Assembly: GCF_004010195.1 (NCBI RefSeq)
Contig: NC_057719.1
Location: forward strand, 25,993,641 to 26,057,640
Direction: 5' to 3'
DNA: 64,000 nucleotides
Source of the DNA: Chiloscyllium plagiosum
Lineage: Eukaryota
Position numbers and translations under genes: made by a program. The notes below the pieces were generated by a model. The model did not search any database. It was not told where the DNA came from and worked only from the letters and a program-made list of their open reading frames with translations. Below are positions 24,000 through 37,019 of this stretch, in pieces (position 1 is the stretch's first letter; the number at the start of each line of letters is the position of its first letter).

Positions 24000-25330
24000 T
24001 AATTCATTCATGGGATATGGGCAGTGCTGCTGGACCACCATTTATGACCCATCCCTAACAGCTCTGACATCATAGTATTGAGCTGTATTCTTGTTTCAAT
24101 CTTTGGGGTTAAGAGGCATCTGCAATATTGTTAGAAAGGGAATTCCAAGATTTGGAATCAGCAACTGTAAAGGAACAGTAATATAGTTCTCAATCAGAAT
24201 GGTTTGCAACTTGGAATGGAACTTGCAAGTGATGGTGTTCCTATGCATACGCTTCCCTTGTCCTTCTGGATTTTAGTGGTTATGCGAGAAGATGCTGATG
24301 AAGAAGCCTTGGAGTGTTATTGCAGTGCATTTTGTTAATACCACGTACTGCAGCCACTGTGTGTCGCTGGTTCAAGAAGTGAATGTTGAAGGTGGTAGTT
24401 GGGGTACAAATCAAATGGACTGCTTTGTCCTTGATGGTGTCAAGCTTACTGAGTATTGTTGAGCTGCATCCATCCAGGTAAGTAGAAAGTATTCCATTGC
24501 AGTCCTGACTTGTGCCTTGTTGATGGTGGACAGGTTTTGGGAGTCAGAAGATGAGTTACTTGCTGCAGAATTCTAAGCCTCTGACTTACTCTTGTAGCTA
24601 CAGTATTTATGTGGCAAGTTCAGTTCCACTTCTGGTCAATGGTAACCCCCAGAATGTTGATTGTGGGGCATTCAGTAATGGCAATGCCATTGAATGTCAA
24701 GAACATTGAATAGATTCTCTCATGTTGGAGGAGGTTATTTCCTGACTCTTATGTGGTGTTGCATGGCATTTGATGCTGTCCAGATCTTGCTGTTTTTGGA
24801 CATGGACTGCTTCAGTATCTGAGGAGTTGCAAATGTTGCTGAACATTGTGCCATCATTGGCAAAAATCCTCATTTCTGATTTTATGATGGGGACAGATGA
24901 ATAGCTGAAGATGGTTGGGCCCAGGACACCAGCCTGAGGAACTCGCGCAAAGAGGTTCTGGAGCACAGGTAATTGATCCATAACAATTACAACCATTTTC
25001 CTTTGTGCTAAGTATAACACGTACCAATAGAGATCTCCCTGATTCCCATTGATTGCAGGTTTGCTTGCTGTCACAGTTAGTCAAGTGCAGCTTTGATGTG
25101 AAGGGCAGTCACACTGACTGCAACCTTGGGGTTTAGCTCTTTTGTCCTGGTTTGAACCAAGGCTGCAAAGAGGTCAGGAACCCAGTGACCTTTGCAGAAC
25201 ACAAACTGAGTGTCACAGACTGGATTAACATTCTGCAAGTGATACCTGATCACACTGTCAATGACCCCTATCATCATTACGCTGATCACTGAGAGTAGAC
25301 CAATGGGATTGTAATTGGCTAGGTTGGTTT
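24000..25330 (-). mobile_element. Degenerate LINE (second CR1-like family), RT to 3' end
   Basis: Minus-strand RT remnants (YLAQRKMVV...VPQAGVLGPTIFS...MRIFANDGT; TALHIKAALD). The 3' tail ...atatcccatgaatgaattaaaa is shared with the 43703 SINE. Confidence 0.8.
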
Positions 25331-27054
25331 GAGAATGCTGAATTAAAAGCAGTCACAGAGCAACCATCGTGTCAAGTAGGCCCTGTGATAGATAGCTGCA
25401 GAGAAAGATAAGGAGCTGGATTTTACACTCAAGTCAGGGAGGAGTTTGAAGGTGGCAGCTTCATAAAATCCAGCGACTTCACTGCTCACTGGCCACCTGC
25501 CCATCCCAGACCTAGTTTTTAAAAAAATTTAAAATGAAAGAGTTAACATTGACACAAAAATACAAGGTTTGTTTCACAAATACAAATGCAAGCATATTTT
25601 CTGCTTAAATTGGAAATTTTAAGCTGGCCAGGGGAGGGGAACTTCTTCCGGTCCATCTCATGGCGAAAGTAGTTGATGTTCCCTTAAGCGGCATTGGTTC
25701 AGGGGTTGGGTGCTAGTCTTTGGGGTGGGGCGAAGGGGTTGGATGGGTTGGCACCGGTCTTCCTACTGCTGAACACATGTTCAATGTTTAGGTTAAAGAA
25801 AAGCAATAGCTGAAGTATGGCAAGATGGCGCAATAGGCATTAAATCAAATGTTACTTGCTGACAGATGGAACTAACTGCTTACTTTGTATACATGCAGCG
25901 CATGTTGCTGTTATTTACCAAAATGGTGCCCAGTGCAAGGCTCAGAGCTGTGTGTCTATGCAGTACATATGCCACTTAACACTCAAAACAGCATTAAAAA
26001 TACAGAACCAAATTCTCCAACCACTCAATAATATTCCTGCATGAAACCATCTTTTTTTGGATGCCTTTTTTGTTCTTGTAGTGCAAATTCCTATGACCAT
26101 GTTCCTTTCAAATAAATTGAACTGAAGGAGATAATCATCTGCTGTTTAGCTTCTCAAAATCTTTCATAATTTTGACAACTCAGACAGGTTTCCCATATTC
26201 TACATTGTTGCACTGAAAAAGCCCAAAGCTTACAGACAGGGTGAGATTTATGGTTAGAGTTACACTTAGCAAATAAATATATTATTCTAAGTATCGGGAA
26301 TTCAAATCTTGGAAGGAAAGTCCAGGAAGTTGGATTTTATTTCATCTTTGGCAAAGAAGAAATGTATAGGTGACCTAATAAATATTATCTGTCATCGCTG
26401 TTATTATTCCAGTGACTCTTTACTACGCCCTTGCTATAACTGTGACATCCCTCCTATAATTAGATACCCAGAACGATACGGAACTGGGACAGCCACTTCT
26501 GCTGCATCAGCTCCCAATGTGTTTTGGGAGCACGCATCAAGAGGTTATACACTCTAAATCTGTAATTCTGTTTATTGATGGTAAAGGAGCTGGCATAGTG
26601 TCAGCTTTATCCCAGTAATCTAACTGCAGTCTCGCCGATGCCTTGGAGAAATTCACTCCCTTGCTTTTATATTCAATGCTCCTACAGACAAGATCCAGAA
26701 TCCCATTTATGATATCATGCTTCTGAATTCCTGCTTATTTAGTCTGAGAACACTAAAGTATAATGTGGTTTTCATATGAAATCATATTCAGGATTTTAAA
26801 GGTTAACTCACAAGGATCCAATGTCCTTCCCTGTGATTCTAAACGAGTAAGCCTGAAGAAACTGAGTAAACAGAGGATGTTGAAATGAATTGAAATGTTC
26901 TCCCAAAGATGCCACATTTCTGAAATTTTTCCCACACCAGATTAAAATAAAACGTAAGGAAACTCTACCAACAACTAGATGTAATTTCCCACCTTTGATT
27001 CAAGTATGATTATGAGAATATGAAATGCTTTAACATCTTGAGACATTTTAAAAT

Positions 27055-27447
27055 TAGAAGAATGAGAGGTAATCTCATTGAAACATTAAGATTCCTAAGG
27101 GACTTGACAGGGTAAATGCTGAGAGGATGTTTCCCCTCATGGGACAGTGTAGGACCAGAGGGCATAGTCTCAGAATAAAGGGGCGCCAATTTAAGACTGA
27201 GCTGAGGAACAATTTATTTTCTCAGAAGGTTGACAGTCTTGGAACTCTTTGTCACAGAGAGCTGTGCAAGCAGATCCTTAAGCATATTTAAGGCTGAGAC
27301 AGATAGATTCTTGATCAGTAGGGTGACCAAGGGTAATGGGGACAACACAGGGAAAAAGACATGAGAAATGTCCGATGAGCCATGATCCCATTGAATGGAG
27401 CAGTCTGAAAGGGCTGAACAGTCTACTCCTGTTCCTATCTGTTATGG
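27055..27447 (+). mobile_element. CR1 3' fragment
   Basis: agaagaatgagaggtaatctcattgaaaca...aggaccagagggcatagtctcagaata...ctactcctgttcctat. Confidence 0.8.
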
Positions 27448-29494
27448 TCTTATTATCTTTATGCCGAAGCCACTGCAGGATTCCGCTCAGGAGATGTCCT
27501 TGGTCTCTTCGTGTTTACCTATGTGCTGCAACATTATTAATAACGAGGTCAGCTTCCACTTGAACATTGATGGTTACTCAGCTCCACCTCCAGTACTTCC
27601 CTTGAATTATGAAATGGCTGTAAACTCTCAGGCTGCTTGTCTGAATAGGAAGAACAAGGCCATTGACTTTGATCAATACCACAAGGCATGTTGCCTTGTC
27701 ACTTATTTCATCTTTCTCCCTGATTCTTGGTCTCAGGTTACAGCAGGCTGTTAGACTCAGAGTTGAGCTTCTGACACTGTGGGGAAGAACCTGGTCGGTC
27801 AACAGCAGGGGCTCTCCATCTAAGCAGGTCTTGGGTAGGCTATGGAGAGTCCTGGGAGTCAGAAGTAGTATGCTGGGATAGAGGAGGGACTGGAATTATG
27901 AGGGGAAATTCAAACTATAAGGGGAGAGGTGGAAGCACCCGTACATGAGTTACTGCAGGAGTGGGGCTCATGGACAGTATTGAACACCCTGGCCTCGATG
28001 GAGTGCCTCGATACTTTAGTATGGTCGGCATGACTAAGCTGTAGGGCAGGTGCTCATGGTGTAATGCTGAGAGCTGAAGATGTAATTCAAAGAGGTGTGT
28101 GGGGAACATTGGAAAGCTCTGTCTTGATGGTGTAAACATAGAATGCAAGGAAGAAAGGAACATGGTGGTGCTCTTCATTACAGGCTGAGCCTGTGACACA
28201 CTGTGCCAAGTGCAATGTGTTTACCCTCATGCAACTTGTAAATGCAAAATGGAAATGAAACATGGTTACAACCACACCCAGACTGGGCGGAGTAAGTGTT
28301 CCTTTTCTGTGTGAACACACGGACTTTACTTGTGAGTGCTGAGAGGTCCATCAAGGGGCAATTACATTCATCAGGCAATTACACAGTACAGGTTAAAGAC
28401 AATTGTAATCGCAGCATCTTGCTTGAAAAATGCATGCAGTGTTCAACTGCGTGGGTTCAGATTCTGGGGACTATCAATCTTCACCATATCACTGGTCATT
28501 ACAGATTGAATATAGTCTTCTGTGAAGCAGACCTAATCACAGCAGCATTAAAACTTTCACCAGTGACCACAAATAACAAAGATTATGCAAGATCCTAATT
28601 TCATGTGACCTTGAACTGTAAGTATTCACCAATCTGCTTTCAAATGCAATGCTGCCTTTCTTGTGTGATTTGGTGGAGGGAATACAAGGTACCAGTAATC
28701 AGATAGCACTTACAATTTCCAACTGCATATACAGACCTGGCTTATGCTGTATTCATTGGAACAAGATCCCTATATTAGAATTTCATGGAGTGGCATTGCA
28801 TGACCCTTCTTGTTGCAGTACTCATTCCCCCTTCTACGGAGGTGTTTGTGAACCACTAATTATTGGATTCCTCACAATGATCTTTACTCGGAGAAAAAGT
28901 TACTCTTTGCAACCACGACTGTGGACTGCATCACAGTAGAAACAGAATCATAGTGGAGTAGACAACCAATCTGCTGAAATGACGTTCCTGATGCTTGCAT
29001 CAGTGTCGGGAGTGAACCTTGCAAGGGGAGTAAGCCCCAAAAAAGTGCACTATATAAATATTGCATTCTGTGCTCTGTACAAGTGAAACTGGCAAAGAAG
29101 GGATATGATGGATGCTGAGGAGCTGGGGGAGCAGCAGTAGCCTTCTGAGGACTAAAGGAAGGATATTGTGCAAGAGGAACATCACCTTCTGTATGATAGA
29201 GGGCTGCAGCATGAGGTACAACAAGCCAATTTAACTTTTACTTAATGACGCCCAGTTCAAATAAATGTGAGCTGAGTCTGTGATCACCCGGAGATTGTAA
29301 ATTGGTTACTGCTCGAAAAGCAAATGGTCTCTTTGTTTTAAGAAGCAAAGTGAATTGATTCTGCTTTTGTTCACTGTTGTCATTGCTGAATAAAAATGAT
29401 GGTCTTCAGCTGTTTGAAGGCTTTCCAGCATGCAGTGGTTCTACCTTAAACAATGAGAAAATGTTAGGCTAAATGTTAGGCAAGCTAGATGTTA

Positions 29495-29843
29495 GGGCAG
29501 CACGGTGGCTCAGTGGTCAGCACATGTCTCACAGCACCAGGGGCCCAGGTTCAATTCCAGCCTCAGGCGACTGTCTGTGTGGAGTTTGCACGTTCTCCCC
29601 ATGTCTGCGTGGGTTTCCTCAGGTGCTCTGACTGCCTCCCACAAAGCAAAAGATTTTCAGGTTAGGTGAATTGATCATGCTAAATTGCCAAAATAGTGTT
29701 CAGGGATGTGTAGGTTAGGTGCATAGTCAAGAGCAAATGTAGAGTAATAGGAGAATGAGTCTGGGTGGGATACTGTTCAAAGGGTTGATAAGAATTTGTT
29801 GGGCCAAATGGCCTGTTTCCACACTGTAGGGATTCTATGATCT
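29495..29843 (+). mobile_element. HE1-like V-SINE (full length)
   Basis: gggcagcacggtggctcagtgg (A box), ggttcaattcc (B box), V-domain, tail ggcctgtttccacactgtagggattctatga. Confidence 0.9.
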
Positions 29844-30149
29844 ATTCTTTGATCTAAGCTGGGCATTGGGAAAGGGTTCTAAGATGGGTAATCTGGATGG
29901 CTTTGCCCTTAAATAGCAACAGAATTATGAATGTGTGCTTGGATTTGTAATGAAATATTAGCCATGCCACTTATGTGCACTCAAATATACTCATTTTTTG
30001 TTCTCATCTCACTATATGCATGGTGAAGCACAACTCCTGGTTGGCAGCATTTGACCTGTTGCACAACTGAGCTTTAATAATGCACTAGGGCGCGGCATCT
30101 AGGGAAATCCTAGCAGTGGTAAGTACTTTGCCTTTGGTGAGAGTATGGC

Positions 30150-31194
30150 ACATTGACAGATATACCTTCAGCAGTCTATGTTAGGGAGAAAGGATTGGAT
30201 ATGCACACATGGCTAGGGAACTGGATTTGTAAGTCATGGAGATGGAATGGTCAGTTAGTAACGGGATTAAACCTGAGTCTAAGAAAATTAAATTGAAGGT
30301 TTGGTGATCAGGAGCTAATGTAGGACATCATGGTCTTGAAGTGGGACAGGATGCAGGAAACAGAGGTTTGAATTGACCGTGAGAATGGGAGGTAAAACCA
30401 ATGACTGCAGATTCTGGATTAGAGTGGTGCTGGAAAAGCACAGCAGTTCAGACAGCAACTGAGGAGCAGGAAAATCGACGTTTGGGCAAAAGTCCTTCAT
30501 CAGGAATAGAGGCAGAGTGTCTTCAGGGCAAGGCATCATAGAGATGAATAAGGCGTGATGGTAATAAGTTGAGTTTTGGTGAATATTGTTAATCATCTTG
30601 TAAACCCTCATAGAGAGAAATAATCCATGAAACTCACTAAAATTCACACTTAGCTAAAAAACTGTAAAATTCGGTCCCATATGATATCCATCCACTACCT
30701 ATTTCTATAACATTGACCATTCCTACCCTTATTTTGGCCCACCTGCAGCAAAAGTGTTGACTCAATTAGTCAAAAGCTGACCTGATTGGTCTCCCATTCT
30801 CTCCACCCTGCAGGCACTCTGCCTCTATTCCTGATGAAGGGCTTTTGCCCGAAATGTCGATTTTCCTGCTACTCGGTTGCTGCCTGAAATGCTGTGCTTT
30901 TCCAGCACCACTCTAATCCAGAATCTGGTTTCCAGCATCTGCAGTCATTGTTTTTACCTCCCATTCTCACGGTCAATTCAAACCTCTGTTTCCTGCATCC
31001 TGTCCCACTTCAAGACCATGATGACCTACATTAGTTCCTGATCACCAAACCCTTCAATTTAATATTCTTCGACTCAGGTTTAATCCCGTTACTAACTGAC
31101 CATTCCATCTCCATGGAATCCAGTTCCCTAGCCATGTGTGCATACCCAATCCTTTCTCCCTAACATTGACAGATATACCTTCAGCAGTCTATGT
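30150..31194. mobile_element. About 1-kb composite palindromic PLE insertion carrying flanking DNA
   Basis: Inverted arms 30181-30528 and 30806-31164. Outer 32-bp direct repeat at 30150-30181 and 31163-31194. Inner 11-bp repeat ctcccattctc at 30791-30801 and 30958-30968. Confidence 0.85.
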
Positions 31195-31968
31195 GCCACA
31201 CTGTAGAGTTCTTTCCCTAACTCCAACTGCATCCTTGCCCTCCCTAAGAACCTCTTTAAAATCCTTTTTTCCCCCATTATTAAAGGACCTAGTGTCACTT
31301 AAGAACATTGCATTAGTCAGAGTCCACCTAACCAGTGGGAACTTTGAGATAATGACAGCTATTGGGATGGCATTAAGGGGTAGGCATATATCTAGCAGAG
31401 GTGGAACAGGATGTCTAACTCCTTTGGGACAGAACCTGAAAACATTCTTTCTGCTCCAGTAGAGGTAAAATCTCTCACTCACAGATTCTCAAACTTTAGG
31501 TAGATGCACAGAGTGGCTTGGCCCCCTATTTTCTCTAACTATTAAATTTAATCTGTGCCCTGTCTCTCGCACACGCAAGCTCTCTGCTTGTTTATTCCAA
31601 TAATGTTACATGAGTGCAAAAATCATAACGCAATCAATGTTCATCATGTGAAACTTTCTGTTACAAATAAACTGCCTAAGGAAGACCATATGGTGTTTTC
31701 TTACATGAAAAACAAATTACATGCATGACCAAACTACAGCTACTATACTCATAATCTTAAAGGTTATAGTAAAAGAAGTGTGTGTGGCATTGACCTTCCT
31801 ATTGTTATTATGTCAGCTGTGTAGGTAGTCCTCTCACCTCTGAATCAGATACATGAGAGTTCAGAGACCTAAGCACAAAACTCAGGCTAACATTCAAGTG
31901 CACTGTCAAAAGTACAGACACTATGTCTCAGGTGCACATACAAACTCCCCTGGCACTATTCCAGACAA

Positions 31969-32896
31969 GAGCTGAAAATGTGTTGCTGGAAAAGTGCAGC
32001 AGGTCAGGCAGCATCCAAGGAACAGGAGAATCGACGTTTCGGGCATAAGCCCTTCTTCAGGAATGAGGAAACCACTTTCCTCATTCCTGAAGAAGGGCTT
32101 ATGCCCGAAANNNNNNNNNNNNNNNNNNNNNNNNNNNNNNNNNNNNNNNNNNNNNNNNNNNNNNNNNNNNNNNNNNNNNNNNNNNNNNNNNNNNNNNNNN
32201 NNNNNNNNNNNNNNNNNNNNNNNNNNNNNNNNNNNNNNNNNNNNNNNNNNNNNNNNNNNNNNNNNNNNNNNNNNNNNNNNNNNNNNNNNNNNNNNNNNNN
32301 NNNNNNNNNNNNNNNNNNNNNNNNNNNNNNNNNNNNNNNNNNNNNNNNNNNNNNNNNNNNNNNNNNNNNNNNNNNNNNNNNNNNNNNNNNNNNNNNNNNN
32401 NNNNNNNNNNNNNNNNNNNNNNNNNNNNNNNNNNNNNNNNNNNNNNNNNNNNNNNNNNNNNNNNNNNNNNNNNNNNNNNNNNNNNNNNNNNNNNNNNNNN
32501 NNNNNNNNNNNNNNNNNNNNNNNNNNNNNNNNNNNNNNNNNNNNNNNNNNNNNNNNNNNNNNNNNNNNNNNNNNNNNNNNNNNNNNNNNNNNNNNNNNNN
32601 NNNNNNNNNNNNNNNNNNNNNNNNNNNNNNNNNNNNNNNNNNNNNNNNNNNNNNNNNNNNNNNNNNNNNNNNNNNNNNNNNNNNNNNNNNNNNNNNNNNN
32701 NNNNNNNNNNNNNNNNNNNNNNNNNNNNNNNNNNNNNNNNNNNNNNNNNNNNNNNNNNNNNNNNNNNNNNNNNNNNNNNNNNNNNNNNNNNNNNNNNNNN
32801 CGGTCCTTGAAGAAGGAGGCCATCTGTGTTGTACGGTTTTGGAACTGGTCCTCCTGGGAGCAGATGCAGCAGAGACGAAGGAATTAGGAATATGGG
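31969..32896. mobile_element. PLE insertion with head-to-head hammerheads and ORF fragment; spans a gap
   Basis: Palindromic ...cccttcttcaggaatgagg...cctcattcctgaagaagggc... Positions 32801-32896 on the minus strand encode PYS*FLRLCCICSQEDQFQNRTTQMASFFKD (PLE RT C-terminal motif). 14-bp duplication actattccagacaa (31955-31968, 32897-32910). Confidence 0.85.
32111..32800. other. Assembly gap (N run)
   Basis: Run of N inside a PLE insertion. Confidence 1.
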
Positions 32897-35800
32897 ACTA
32901 TTCCAGACAATGTAGGGAAATTACCCCTGAAGTCCTGGCCAACATTTATCTCCCTGTGAATCACTGGGACATATTACGTGGTCATTATGAAATTGCTGCT
33001 TGTTAGGGCTTACTGTGTACCAGCTGACTGCTACATTTCCTAAAATAATAGCTGTTGTGTATCTTGGCTCAGAGCTGCACAGATCTGACTCAAACCTAGT
33101 CGCATGCATGCATAAATGCTTTATCAAAAATGCCTTTAAAAGGGTCTGCAGCCATAAACTTACTGCATCTCCCAGGTTTGCCTCTCAGCACACAGCACAG
33201 TCAGCAGTCAACAAATACACACAATCATACACCAAGTAATTGAACACAACAGTCATTACACATTAACACGATTGCATTGGCTGTAAAGCTCTTAGAGATG
33301 CCTTAAGATCATGAACGGCACTGCCTAAATCCAAGTCTTTTTCTTTTAATACTTGATGTCAGAAGGTAACCTTGAATATTTTTTTCATTGCTTTTATGTT
33401 TCATTTCATCATATAAGAAAGTTTACATATAGATCTTCATCTCAACTGTACTAATAGACACAGGAAGAATAATTGTGAATTGACCAAAAAATGAATGAGG
33501 CTGGAGGAGGTTACAGAGATATAGAAGCGTAAGGTCAAAGAGAAACTTTAAACAGGGGTGAAATTCCAAATTTGTGATGTGTTTCTGGGAGTAGTCGAGA
33601 GTGGGGTGCTGGAAAAGAACAGCAGGTCAGGCAGTAACCAAGGAGCAGAAACACAAAGATCTTGTAGTTAGAACGGAGGCAGGAATTGAGGCAAGGGTGG
33701 AGGTTGTTTATTGAGGAGTGAGTATTGGAAGTTTAAAAGAAAAAGGGGCAGTGCACAAGAAGGGAGAATCATCAACAAAAACACCTAACGAGGGGGTGAG
33801 GAGGAAGGTTGGGTGGTCAGTTGTGTCGTAGGTATAGATCCAAGAGAACAGCAGGTCAGTCTTATGGTCAATATGAGCTCAGACAGGGTATGACGGAGAT
33901 AGACTTGAGAAAGATTGCTAGCACAGGGAGTTTAGTCTGTTGGGTTAGTGAACTTGAGGGAAGCAGCAGATGATCCTTGTGACAGTGAATTCCATGAGGG
34001 ACGTGGGGGGAGGGCTTTAAGAAGACAAAGTACAGTAAAGAGTCTAGGATTTCCTTACATTTTTAAATGGAGCAGGTCTGCAGTTTTTAGCAGGAGTATT
34101 TTATAAATACTGCATAGTATTTATGTTGTCCACACAGACCTAACACCAGATGGTGAAACCAGTTGTCTGTTCATGCTTGTATCCCTTGGTCTTAAAAGGA
34201 GAACGGCTGGGTTGAGAGATGGTAATGATCTTATTGGAAACCAGGGCATCAAAGTTGGAGGTGAGAGTGCAGTTTGAGAAAATCAATAGCTGCAGAAATG
34301 TTACAGTGAATGGAGGGCCAGAAATTAGCCGGTTGGGATGAGAAAGCACAGTTATAAGTAAATTGAATAAATGGATTTAACCCTATTACATGATGTTGCT
34401 GACAGATATTCACTCTGTGAGCTTCAGGGGTATCACCATTGCCAGATCTTCCACCCACAGTGTCTTTGATGAAAACTTTAACTATGGCAACCCTATGAGT
34501 CAACTCGAATAGTTATTGTTATCTCCAAATTTCCTCCCACCAAATGTCATGGCATATAGTTCATTGCCTTTTCACAGAATACTGAGATTTAGCCTTCCTC
34601 TTATCACTGCCATCCTTCATTTTGCCACACTTGAAACATCTCATTCACCTACAATTTCTAGCTTCAGAGAAATCCAGCTTGAACCATTAGGCAATATCTA
34701 TGCCTTTAAAGATACGTGTTTTGCCACATATCCTTGGTGCCATATTGATCAAGTGTTATCCTGACGTCAAAGACTGGTCTTCTCACTTATCTCTCGCACT
34801 AAGCTCATGATTGCATACCTGAGATCATAATTGCAATGCGATTTGGAGCCTAATGGTTCTGATGGAGCTAAAATTACAAGTTGGTTTGATACTTATTGCT
34901 GACATTGATGACTTCTTTCATCATTTTTTGATGATTGGAAGGCTGATGAATAACATTGTACTTCACTGGATTTGATTTAGCTTTTTCTTTATAGATCCAC
35001 CACAATGTTAGACAAATACTGCTGTCACAGCTTGCATGGGAACAGCTAGCTTCAGCATACAGATCTTCAGCGTGATTTCCAGAATTTGTCAGGACCCATA
35101 ACTATTGCTTTTATTTGATCCGTATTACTTCTTAATACATTGAGATAAATTTGATGGATACCAGTATCTGTAATAATGGGGACTTGATGAAACAGTTACA
35201 TTTGGTCATGCATTAGGCACTTTTAGCTGAAGATAACTGCAAAACTATCAAATATCTGACTCTGACACACTGAGATTCCAATTTTGGGAATGGAGATGTT
35301 CATAAAGCTTCCTCCAAGTTGGCTGGATGGTCATCACCATTCTTGACACAATGTGGTAGGGATGCAGGGCTCTGACTCATTGGCTATGGAATCATTAAGG
35401 TTTTTCTGTAGCCTGACATTTTCAGTGTTTAGCAGTGTAACCATTTCCTCACACTGATACCTCATTCTAAGATTTAACTGGTATTGCTCCTGTTTCTTCT
35501 ACAAAACCCACTGAACCAGGTTGGCTTCCTGACAAGTAGGCATTGAAGTAATCCTGTGTGCTGTTGAGTCCCAAAGCCTGCTCAAACAAAACTACATTTT
35601 TCGGTCTGCAGCATCTTCAACAGAGGTAGTTCCTTGCCTCTGGGCAGCCACAAATTAATGGGGGAGAAACCATACCTGAGGGGAGTTTTAGTGTCATGCC
35701 ACTATTGCCTCATTTGTATTTCAGTGCTGTCATCAGTAAGTTAAAAGACAACTGCAGCCAACAGAAATGTTCACACTGCAAGCTTGAAATAGAAAACTAT

Positions 35801-36770
35801 CTAAAACTGATTGATCCTTTAATTATACTGGGAGATAATCTTTTGTCTTTCTTGCTTGAGGCTTCACATTTCATGTCTGTCACAGCTGACTGTAGACAAA
35901 GAGATGAATCTCAAAGCACTCCGCTAGATAATAGTTCCTTTGCCTCCCTGAGCACTGACCTTTTCACACAGTCATTCATATAAACATTACATATATATAT
36001 GAAAGAATCTTACAAAACCACCCTGGTCTAAAAAACTGTGTGTCAGTTTGAAGCTAAGAATTGTTCAAAGCTTTCATTTTTTATTTAAGAGGTGCCATCT
36101 GCCGTGATTTTCTGTGATTAATTAACCAAAGTGCCACAGCATGGTAGGATGATTTTCCCACATGTGGGCGCATGGATATTGATGGAAAGCTATAGACCAA
36201 AAATAGATTTCCCTCTGGACCTGTTGAAGAAAGATCAGCGAGAAAAATTCCCTCCAGAAAGATTTGAACAAACGTCAGTGTGTCCAGTTGCAGAGCAGTA
36301 ATGGCAAAGGTGTGAGACATTCAATAAATGTGACTAATTTTAACAAAAACAACAGAGAAACTTTGCAATAGCTTTGCATAGAAAATTGATTAGATTTGCG
36401 ACACTACATTTTGAAATGTCATCAGCTAGGCCTGCATTTATTAGCCATCTCTTAAAGGGTTGCAGAAGGTGAGCTGTCTTATTCTATACCTCTCCCAAGT
36501 ATTCATCTCATCCTGAATGTTGCTGCTTTCTGTCATTAACGTGCTTACATTTTCCCATCACCAATATGTCTACATTTCTATTCACCAACCTGGATCTCAC
36601 TCTCCTTTTGGCTACACTTCAACATCAGTCATGAGCACAGCTTCCCTGGGGGATGGGTAGGACTGTTTTGGATAAGTAGGCATGAGGTGGAGGATGTATG
36701 TTTCCTTCTTAGGAATGAAGACAAACATTGGTCATTCCATTTTCTTCAAGCAAGTCCCCTAGAATGTAAT

Positions 36771-36896
36771 TTCCTGAAGAAGGGCTTATGCCCGAAACGC
36801 CGATTCTCCTGTTCCCTGGATGCTGCCTGACCTGCTGCGCTTCTCCAGCAACACATTTTCAGCTCTGATCTCCAGCATCTGCAGACCTCACTTTCT
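36771..36896 (+). mobile_element. Short PLE terminal-repeat insertion beginning at the hammerhead
   Basis: ttc-CTGAAGA-a-GGGC-ttat-GCCC-GAAA-CGCC (cleavage triplet mutated). 15-bp duplication cccctagaatgtaat (36756-36770, 36897-36911). Confidence 0.88.
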
Positions 36897-37019
36897 CCCC
36901 TAGAATGTAATGTACTGCTTTTGCTGGTGTGGGGACTATTTGCCATTGTTCAGCAGAACCTCACAGGTGATGATAATAATTAAGCCCAAGTAAATTGGCA
37001 GAAGGCAAATAAGATTAAT

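Larger units (their letters stand above)
31815..33345 (+). mobile_element. DeuSINE-like SINE interrupted by PLE (31969-32896) and a second insert (about 33053-33250)
   Basis: ggcactatt...gtcctggccaacatttatc...tggtcattat...attggctgtaaagc...aaatccaagtcttt. Confidence 0.6.

Noticed and set aside
29495..29570. tRNA gene-like A/B boxes (also 40211, 43703, 46146, 53492)
   Set aside because: They continue into SINE bodies and tails, so they are SINE heads, not tRNA genes.
31921..33006. About 300-340-aa ORFs in the ORF track
   Set aside because: They are artefacts of the second N gap; the flanks are PLE repeat sequence.
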